Of a stretch of 40,879 nucleotides of DNA, positions 24,953 through 34,144 are shown one piece after another. The DNA comes from Perkinsus olseni. Lineage: Eukaryota. The notes beneath the pieces were generated by a model. The model was not told the DNA's origin and did not search any database. It saw nothing but the letters and a program-made list of their open reading frames with translations. Where the stretch lies: NCBI GenBank assembly GCA_013115125.1, contig JABANN010000304.1, positions 1 to 40,879 of the forward strand, read 5' to 3'. The stretch's first letter is position 1, and every line of letters starts with the position of its first letter. Position numbers and translations under genes: made by a program.

Positions 24953-26639
24953 TTATGCAGCGGCTGTGGCCATAGCACAGGCAGTGCCCTGCTCACAATG
25001 ATCGTATTCACTAACACTAGCCACCAGAGGCGTACAGCCATAGACCTTCTGTGGTATATACTCAGTCTCAATCATCAATGTGAGGAGCTCCTGGCCCCAC
25101 TGCGGGAGGATATTGAACAAAACATGAGCCGCACTGCCCTCCTCGGGTGGGGCATCAGCACCTCCTACCCGTGCATAGAGGGCGTCCGTGCGTACAGACT
25201 CCAAGGCTGCTACTGTATTACGAGCGTCTGATGCCATGAGGCCTCTCACAGCATGACCGAACTTCCGTGCCACTGCTGCATGGCCTCGATGGTGTGTGAA
25301 GAACTCACCCAAGTCGTCGGGTATCGGCCTTGTGAGATACCTACAGCTCTCTACAGTAGGGTCAGGGTCCATGTGGTCATGCTTGGCACCATCACCCTTA
25401 GATACTACTATGAACCCACGTGACATGCCCGTAGTGTTATCAATAGTAGTAGTGGCCTTATGTAGTAGTGGTAATGGTACCCAATGAGGGGGATACTTGA
25501 ACCGTGCTACATCCATGACCAGGCATAGGTCACTAGCTTCATCGTATGCTGCTACTGGGGAATAATGTCCACATCCGGTCTGATGCATAACCTAAGCATG
25601 ACACCATCAACATCACCATTGTCGGGCCTCACTGTTCTATCACTACCTGTCTATCATAGCTAACCACTAGCCGCCGATCGCCAGAGCCCTTCTCCAGAGT
25701 GCTCTTCACGACTTTACGGAACTCATCAGTGGTAGCTATACTGCCATAATAGGTACCAGCCTTTGCACCATTGCATTCAGCCAGCATGGCGAACTGTTGA
25801 AAATTGACACCAGTATTACCACTAGCATAGGTATGCTTCTGGCAGCTGACCAGCATATCCTCCGACCACCATCGCCATGGTCCTGCCCATCGTCGTCCTG
25901 GATCTATCTCCAGGCTGTTCAGTACCATAGCCAGCGTGGCGGGACCGCAGTTAGGCGGGGCTTGTTGGCCCACAAAATGCTGTGATAAGCTGAGGTAACT
26001 CTCTGCACAGGGGCCCTGCAGGCATTTTGCCAGGAGTTCTCGCCCCTTAGGAGACCGGAATGGTATCAAGTCCGATGGCATCTGCCTCATGTACCATGAT
26101 GGTCTATCATCACCGAATGGTTTAGGTTTGGCCACCTCTACTACACCTACAGTACTCATGTACTGCCTTCTATCATAGGCTGGTGTCGTGGTGGAAATCG
26201 AACGCCTTTGAGTTAGGTTATTAGTAACATAATTCGACAACTTAGTAGCCAGTGACCACGACCCAATGCTCCCTACCCCTGCAATACGGACTGCGCCATG
26301 ACTGTCCGTAACTGTCTGGGGCTTCGATGATGCCGTTGTATCAGACTCCTTGAAGGCGGCAGGATCCATGGTAGCATACTTGCCAGCTGACGATGGAGGA
26401 GGAGGAGCCACACCACTAGCGAAAAAGCGTGGCCGATGACCATGGACCGCGGCGGCAGTGGCAGCCCGACAACAGCCTTCACTACCACAATTACTCTCAA
26501 CTACCACTCGGCCCGCCAGTGTCGTAGCGGCCGCCTTCATGCAGTGGCAGAGTGGCATCTCCTCTATAGCGGTGGACATCATTGCCATCTTGCATGCCCC
26601 ACGGTATGCGCAGGAACCACATGAAGAGGCACACGACAT
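24953..26639 (-). CDS. PCS: Phytochelatin synthase (glutathione gamma-glutamylcysteinyltransferase) with long Cys-rich N-terminal extension; intron 25592-25646
   Basis: Catalytic triad intact: QQAPPNCGPATLAMVLNSLEIDPGRRWAGPWRWWSEDML (Cys), QTGCGHYSPVAAYD (His), MDVARFKYPPHWV (Asp). First in-frame ATG is 26639. An alternative last exon ending at 24850 (ALPVLW...CYY*) is possible. Confidence 0.93.
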
Positions 26640-26675
26640 ACAAAAGGGGCAACAGACAAAACTATCCGATGACGA

Positions 26676-26703
26676 CTGGTGTGAAGAAGAAGAAGAAGAA
26701 GAA
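26676..26703 (-). promoter_or_regulatory. (TTC)7 pyrimidine tract + CAG: candidate trans-splice acceptor 36 nt upstream of the PCS ATG
   Basis: Minus strand reads (TTC)7 ACACCAG. No in-frame ATG was seen further upstream, so the ORF-track start at 26708 (TTG) is probably not used. Confidence 0.35.
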
Positions 26704-26814
26704 CCCAACCCGGAGATGACGATAATGCAGGAAGCTTTAATTGAGGTAGATATGGTAAATCGTACAGGGATGGTACATCGAGGGGGGTATAGTAAAAACT
26801 AGGTATAATCATCA

Positions 26815-28191
26815 TCACACGAAGAAATCATCCATGTCAAACGACAACTTGCCATCGCCACCATCAGCGTCCGTAGTAGCAGGAGGAGCGAACGCAGTGG
26901 TGGGTATAGTACTGCTGTCTGGTGTAATATACACAGTATCAAGGTCGATGGTGAGGTCTTGAGTGCCCCCATCCTCCAGTAGGGCCGCTAGACCAGACTC
27001 TACACTCATCGCTTTGCGACGTTTCTCGAGGGACTTGTTGCCAAAACCTCGGGCACTGAACCTCCGCTTCCTATTCTCCTCTGGAGGCGTCTGCGGTGAT
27101 GATAATGATGGCGATGATGAGCAGCAGGCCTCCCCACTGACTGTCGTCTCCTTTGCTGGGAGCAGCTTTCGGTACCTGAGAACTCTCCTGCGCGTTGATG
27201 CTGTGTACCCGCACCTACCGGTAGAGCATGTTCCGATTGGCTCCTATTTCGGCCATGATCTGTTGGTTGTTCTTATACTTCCAATGGCACTCCTTGCATG
27301 CATCAATAACAGCCGCAGCGACAACTCCTGATCTCTTGCTCTCAGGTAGCTCGTCAAGCTCATCCCCCATCGTCACAAGGGGCCGCTTCGCCGCTTCGAA
27401 CAGCTCCGGTCCAGAGCAGGAACGTGACCAACAGCAACATCGCACTAGCAGCCTTTCTATCAGGGCATCCAAGTTCGCATGGAGGATCTCCTTCCCTTCG
27501 TATAGTTGCTCAGCTGAAACGAGTTAGCCTTAACTCCAGGTGCAATGTACTAGGATTCCTACATATCTTTATAAGAGTAGCTGGCTTCTTGTAGGAGGCC
27601 ATGCTCTTATAGCCCGTCACACTGCCGAGAAACTGCACTACATCAACGTACAGTATAGCGGGTACTGCGTGCTGCAAGTCAGGATGCCGACTGGCCAGCA
27701 GGACCTGTGAGGAGGGGTCAATACGGCAGAGGTAGGGATAATACCACTACCGCTATCGATGTGAGGACAGGCCGAGGTCTATGCCCTACGAGACCGTTCT
27801 TAACGAAGGTCAGATACCTGATAATACTTAATGATCGTATCATCATTCTACTACGGTGGTGCCCTCCTTCCGTACATATTCCGTGCCTCGTCCCTCAGCA
27901 GAGGGTATGCATTGCAATCTGCCTTAGTCAAGGCGTTGCATGCTATGTCCACATCTATCCTAGCATCACTGGTCAGGGTGGTCGACGCTGATAGCGATGA
28001 TTTCGGTATGATTTGGGACTGGTTACTGAGTGAAGTCATAATGAGAAGTACCCTCCTCAGCCCGTCCTCTACTACTAGTATAACCGTCCAACTTCGAAGG
28101 TTTGGCCGTAGTACTCGTCATCAGCCTTACGAGGGTCGTCATCGTTATCATCATAGAGGATTTCATCAGAGTAGCCGCCGTTGCCAAGCAT
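26815..28191 (-). CDS. Divergent TFIIB/BRF-like protein (two cyclin-fold repeats, no Zn ribbon), multi-exon
   Basis: Spliced: LRDEARNMYLTFVKNGLVGHRPRPVLTSIAVLLASR (repeat 1); NLDALIERLL..ELFEAAKR..ELDELPESKRSGVVAAAVIDAC..NQQIMAEIGANRNMLYRYRKLL (repeat 2); RKRR and KRRK basic patches; ends DMDDFFV*. The gene is well supported; the family call is by eye. Confidence 0.55.
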
Positions 28192-28406
28192 AAAATAGCT
28201 GAATAAGGGGAGAAGGAGTTATGCCGGCCGCTAGGCTTATTCAATTTACCAAAGGTTATGGTAATGGGTTAAGTGTTCGCTGGTGGCGCGATCAAAAGTT
28301 GAGAAATGGTAAGATGGCAAGATGGCGCAAGATTCGATCCGACCCGCATTGCGCACGCAGATGCGACTTCGGCTAGGTTTACTGGCAGCTACTTTTTAAT
28401 ATCATA
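28192..28406. promoter_or_regulatory. Divergent strand-switch region / candidate bidirectional promoter
   Basis: 215 bp between head-to-head ATGs (28191 minus, 28407 plus); contains tandem AAATGGT-AAGATGGC-AAGATGGCG at 28304-28327. Confidence 0.45.
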
Positions 28407-29304
28407 ATGTTGAGCCGCAGGCTACAGCAGCCAGTATCCAAGGGGCAGCTGGCCCCCTTAATGAGGGCCGGTGGCCTTATACAGCTACAGCAAAGGAACC
28501 GTATTGGAGGTAACAATCAGCAGGACTCTAATGCTCCCAACTACAGGGCTGTCCTGTCAGGTCCTCCTGTGTTCATGCAGTTCCCTCCTCCACCTCCCAA
28601 AGAGTATCTTGCTGATGGTAGGCTATCTTTTACCACTAACGGAGATACCCCATCGCACCTGATAGGTACTCCCAAGACCTATCCCCTGCATCAACCAGTA
28701 TTCGACCATGGCTACACTTGGGAGCATTGGTACATGACCAATGCAGGAGTGTTCCATACAGTGTGGGTCACTGCTGTTCACCTCCACTGTGTAAATCCCC
28801 AACTACAGGTACTACGGTGAATTCGCGAAGGACTTCCCCTGGCGATGGGGATTCCTGGCGGAGAAGCCTTTCTGGGTCGGTGCCCCAATCGTGGTGCTTG
28901 GTGTACTGTGCCTGGGCCATATCATACAGACTATGGGACAGATAGGTGTTAAACCTAAACGATACACACCCGAGTGGGTGGAGGCTACCAAGGAGAGGGA
29001 AAGAGCTGAGAACACCAATCCTGTCACCAGGTAGCATTGCCCTCTACTCGTCAACCTTTAACCTCCTCGACAGGTATCTTGACCGTCGTCGTGCGGAGCG
29101 TGGTCCGTATTATCTCATGTCCAACGTGCTGCCTTACCATCCTCATTTCCTGTGGATGCGTAACTCACACGATTATGAAGCTGCCGAAGCACTAGCTGCT
29201 AGGCGGGAGAGGGATAGGGAACTGGTAAGACACCCCGTCCATCATACGCTAGCTCATACTGCTTTACTCAGGCCGCACAGCTCGAGGCTGAGGGCAAGTA
29301 CTAG
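28407..29304 (+). CDS. COX4: Cytochrome c oxidase subunit 4-like (ApiCox23 / CG8 family), mitochondrial, multi-exon
   Basis: Presequence MLSRRLQQPVSKGQLAPLMRA; single TM FWVGAPIVVLGVLCLGHII followed by GVKPKRYTPEWVEATKERERAENTNPVTR (Cox4 T.EW...NP motif); ends AEGKY*. Confidence 0.75.
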
Positions 29305-29520
29305 GAGAAGCGTCACGGTGCTTTCGGAGAATTGTCACTTATTATTGTAAACAGCTTGGCTATGGCCTTGCTGCAGGGAAGGAGTTTTAGATGACACTAC
29401 TACTACTACTACCACTCATTGGGATATTTAATAAGCTCGTTGGTGGTATTGAGTTGCCAGGGGTCGGCTGGGATAGGGTGCCATCAGTGGACCATGTATT
29501 ACACCCCTCCAGAACAGTGA

Positions 29521-30336
29521 ATGGTCCTGCCGCTGCTTGAACACGTTGCTAGTACATGCTTCTATCACTTCGTACCCGACCCTAATGCAGACACCGCGAT
29601 ACCCAATCGAGTACTGGATCATATAGCACTACCAGGTATTACTCTGCCAAAGGGGAGAAGGCATGGCCTTCAGGTTAGATATGACAAGAGCCGCCACTCT
29701 GCACAGTCACACTGCAACCCACTCGATTCGGGCTACTGAGCATGCTGCTGTGATGCATGAGAAGGCTTTGAAGGCCCTTCATGGTAACTAACATCACCTT
29801 GAGATCGGCATGGGAGCTTGGAACACAGGTACGGCTGACTGGGATCTACTTAAACTGATTAAGCACGCGACATTCCTCCACGCGTTGAGTCGGCATCTAG
29901 TGCTGCAGACCGGTAGCCATTCGTGTGTACACTCTTACCTCCACGTTCTCTTTAGCCCATAACCCCGACCTCAGCCCATCTGCTGTGGTAGTAGAGAATC
30001 TAGCAGCAAGAGCCGAGGCATCAGCTAGAGCTGCAGCCTACCGGTAGTATCCATGCTCATTGGTATGTCCATCACTCGTACTCCATCAGGTGGCATATGC
30101 CCTTCAGTGATACTCCCCCGTACTTGCCGATACTCAAGGCGTAGTTATCTGTCTAGTTCTGCCGGTGCTCATCACAAATCAGTGAGGCTCTTTTATGTGG
30201 GACCGACTTTCTCGAGACGACCATCATGTACGATACGCTCTCGTTTGGTGCACAGCCACACATCACTCGCAGCGGAATTGAGTCAGACGATGGACTCATG
30301 AGCCGCAGCTCAGCCATCATCCTGCGGCCTGCCTAG
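29521..30336 (+). CDS. Hypothetical protein; exon structure unresolved
   Basis: Short open segments bounded by GT..AG (HAAVMHEKALKALH, TADWDLLKLIKHATFLHALSRHLVLQT, VVVENLAARAEASARAAAYR) fill the gap between two plus-strand genes. Start and end are uncertain. Confidence 0.35.
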
Positions 30337-30479
30337 ACCCCCCCTCGTTCTGTGAATGCCATGGATGTATCTCGATGGTATCTACCGTTAATATTACCAG
30401 TCGTTGTGTTCCTCAACATACCACTACTACCGTGTGGGAGAACCGTCTACAGTACTAATAAATATTCATCCATGATTCC

Positions 30480-30857
30480 ATGTACCGAGCATACGACATG
30501 AGACTGAATAGGGACCGCAATGATGATGGCGACGTTCCAAGTAGGAGGCCTATCACTTTAGGCCACCTCCCTCGGCTACTGCTGCTTTGTCAGTCGCTCT
30601 TGAGGACGATAATGATAGTGATGACGTCATTGGCGGCGGGGACGACCAACAGCCCATCGGATCAGAATATGTACGTCTCTCGCGGAGGGATCTACCGGAG
30701 TAGCGCGATGTTAGGAATCAGAGGAACTAACCGATGACAGTGATGAGGAGGAGGAGGAAGAGGATATCACTTGGATAGAGTGGTTCTGTAATGCCAAAGG
30801 CAATGAGTGAGTATAATTGCTGCCGCCATGCTTCAAACTACGCTACGTCATCTGCAC

Positions 30858-30896
<39 letters not shown>

Positions 30897-31272
30897 GCTG
30901 CTGCTGCTGCTGCTGGTGGTGGTGGTGGTGGTGGTGGTGGAGGTGGTTATTGATAGATACTTCATCCAAGTTGATGAGGATTATATCCGGGATTCTTTTA
31001 ACCTCACCGACCTTCGAGATGTCGTACCCTACTATGATATAGCACTCAATACGATACTAGATCTAGGTAGATAACACCACCTCTAACCTCCACCTTCCCC
31101 AGTATATCCTCATCATCATGCTTTCTATTTCTGCAGAGGAGAGGAGCTACATTGGTCGGCTCAATGACAGCAGGTCCTCAGTCATCGAGACTTCCACTAA
31201 GCTCCTCTATGGTCTCATACAGGCCAGGTGAGCTATTGTGTATCCCTCCTGCCTTCTGCTCATACTCCCCTG

Positions 31273-31310
<38 letters not shown>

Positions 31311-31893
31311 GGCAGGTTCCTGATCACCAATAGAGGTCTTGAAGCCCTGCACGATAAGTTCACAGCCTTCACCTACGGCATGTGTCCTAATGTAGATTGT
31401 GAGAGTGCTAGACAGGCGGTGAGGAGAAGGACGCTCATTCCTCGGTCAGCTGTAGTCCATGCAGGTACTCCCTATTGGATGTGACCAGCCTAAAGTCTCC
31501 ACAGTAAAACTCTATTGCCCGCGGTGCAATGAGATATACTATCCAACCCCCCAGCAGTCTAAGTGAAGGGCATCTATCAATACCACCTTCCCGATTCCTT
31601 CCTCATCAGATTGGCGTCTCTCGATGGTGCATTCTTCGGCAGCTCGGCAGCCCACATGTTCATGATGATGTATCCGCACTTCCAGTCCTCAACTACCGCA
31701 CGGCCATACGAACCGACGTAGGCCACATCGCTCTCATCAGTGATGCATGCACCTTCTCAGGATATACGGCTTCAAAGTACATTACTCGGTACGCGATATG
31801 ATCAGGCAGTTGTACAAGGAAAGACAGCAACAGCGAGAGCAGCAGCAACAGCAGGAGGGGGAGGAAGGGCCTAGGGTTGCAGACTGTAGATAA
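30480..31893 (+). CDS. CKB: Casein kinase II regulatory (beta) subunit, multi-exon
   Basis: [103 protein letters not shown]; stop TAA ends 31893. Confidence 0.95.
30858..30947 (+). repeat. Compound intronic microsatellite (CAT)13(GCT)6(GGT)8GGA(GGT)2
   Basis: Read directly; lies in CK2 beta intron 30807-30956. Confidence 0.95.
31274..31309 (+). repeat. (CAT)12 microsatellite next to a 3' splice site
   Basis: Read directly; followed by CGGCAG|GTTCCTG. Confidence 0.95.
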
Positions 31894-32034
31894 CGGATAC
31901 CACCACCTCTACTGCGATTACAAGGAGATGTCCCAGTCTTCAGGACACGTCTCTTTAACGTTCACTTTCTAATACTCCATCTCGAGTTTCCTGCTGGGTT
32001 AATAAACGAGTCTTTGGAGTTTGTTTGGCTCAAA

Positions 32035-32879
32035 ATGAGCAGCAGTATCCTCTCATCACTGAATACGAGGTTTCAAGAGAAGGCTAAGCAGCTCCGTGAA
32101 TCATACGTAGCCGAGGATCTACAACAGTTTGTTAGCCAGTTGAGTGATGATACCAAGGACTACACACAACAGGTCACACTGTCGATTACTCAACATCACC
32201 GAAGCCGAATGGCATTCTTTCAGATAGCTAAAAAGATAGAGGAGCTGCGGGGCAGTGCCTCCACTTCCTCGTCCTCAGCCTTGGAGTGTCCGCAGCCTGA
32301 CGCGGTTGATGTCCTCAGTGTCAATGAGAAATACAGCTGGTAAGTCCTATTGCTGCTCCTGTACGCTCTCTGTGTCGTGACGACTCTTTTCCTTCTCCGC
32401 AGCCTTCCACATAACACTAAGGAGAGGTTACGCAATCTTACGCGATGTGAATCAACGTACACGGAAGATGACGAGGGCCCCTATGAAGTTGGTGATGAAG
32501 AAGAGAGTAAGCGAGTGATCGACGAGTGGAAAAGTGACAAGACCGTCCAGGAGATGCACCAAAAGCTTGGTAGGAGCCTCGTTATGGGCGATGCATGTTG
32601 GCATTTTTCTTGCTTGTAGTCATTGAAGGCGATGCTGCGGATGACAGCTTTTGGAGGAGATTCGCTATTAAGTTACAGCATGAACTCGACTCGACTAGCT
32701 ATCCCTCGGATCAGCAACAACGGGGAGGGACAAAGAGCGACATCGAGGAGCATCATCGTGAGCAAAGCACACCAACACCTCAACGAGGAGAACCCAAGAC
32801 GAATTCACCTGAAGGACGGCTAGCAGGCGACAGTTACGAAGAGGATGATGATGACGATGACATAGTTGCCTGGGATTAG
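32035..32879 (+). CDS. BSD domain-containing protein, multi-exon
   Basis: DLQQFVSQL N-terminal helix, STYTED, KSDKTVQEMHQKL-VIEGDAADDSFWRRF (BSD FW motif), acidic tail EEDDDDDDIVAWD*. Confidence 0.7.
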
Positions 32880-34144
32880 ACATTATCAAGTGCATATAAG
32901 AGACTTCATAATTTCACCATTGCCTCTAAGTGACTGGATTGTTGTGTTGTTGCGCTCTGACCTGTGCGTTTGCAGCCTAACCCCATGTCGATCCGTCGAT
33001 CTCTCAACTCCTGTATATCCCTAGCTAGCCATTCAGGAGACCCACACCCATACGGCTCTAGCAACGGGGCCTTTTATAGTCGGCCACTTTACAACCAAGA
33101 GCACCCTGGTACGCCCACAGTCATCAGTGGCGTGAAGGGAACATTCATGGTTAGGTCGCTGTCGTGGTGGGGTTTGCTGCTGGGAGCGCCGGGGCAGGAA
33201 CCCAACCGCATCTTATGAGAATTCTGGTGATGATACCCGACACCTCGTCGAATATAGCGGCTCAACGGCTAGTCCGCCTAACTTCAACAGAGGCACACGG
33301 TAGGCACATGACGAGACGACTCATCCCAAATTTTGTGTGTATCAGTGACCTCAAATCACTGCATCATCTGTGGTCTCGATGTGAGTCAGTAAAAGTGTCC
33401 CAGCGAGCAGGAAGGCTTCCTCGACCGAAATCGGAGAACCTCCTCCCGGGATGCGTACACCACTATTAGTAAACTAGACTAGTCCACTCCGTTGTTGACA
33501 TGTGTTGTCTCTCAGCTCCCTCTCGAACACTCCGCTCCGAGATCGCCGACTTGAGGATGCTCGTACGAAGGGTGTTGCTGGGTGCCGGACCGAGCTCTGG
33601 GCCGTCATGAAAGTACCCAATCTTACCAGCGTTCAATACGATATCATTACAAATAGTCAAGTCTCACCCTATCGGAAGTGGAAACGGAACCCTATCGTCC
33701 TGTCTTCATACACATGATGTTAACATGTTGTTCCTCATTAAGGAACATACTCTCATACTGTCGAGTTGGCGTAGTGGCTCAGGGATTGTCTTGATGACTT
33801 ATCGTCTTTCGTTCAATATTTTGAGGTTTTGTGTTTTTTTGCATTCGATATTGTCAAGGCTCTCTTCGTGTGTGTGAGTTTGCAGTCTAACGCCGACAGT
33901 ACGGCTTAGTTAGACTAGCCAAAGAACGTTGCTCGCTGGCGAGGTCATCGTCAGCTGGGGAACGTCCTCTCCTCCCGGCAGAATTTGCTTCCACAGCTGC
34001 GGGGCTGTGTACGACCACGAAACACTAGCGCATCCCGCAGTGTGTCGACCACAAACATCTCCGGGACTCGAAAAGTCGAAAGTCAAGGTCCATCCCGACA
34101 AGTTCTTTTCGTATCCGTACTTAGAAACACTAGATCAGAGCACT

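Noticed and set aside
23732-26639. PCS next to a methyltransferase as a metal/arsenic detoxification cluster
   Set aside because: The methyltransferase motifs do not resemble ArsM/AS3MT, and neighbours in this array are generally unrelated.
30791-31484. Poly-Ser/Cys/Trp, poly-Ile/Leu/Val and poly-Met ORFs
   Set aside because: Translations of intronic microsatellites in the CK2 beta gene.
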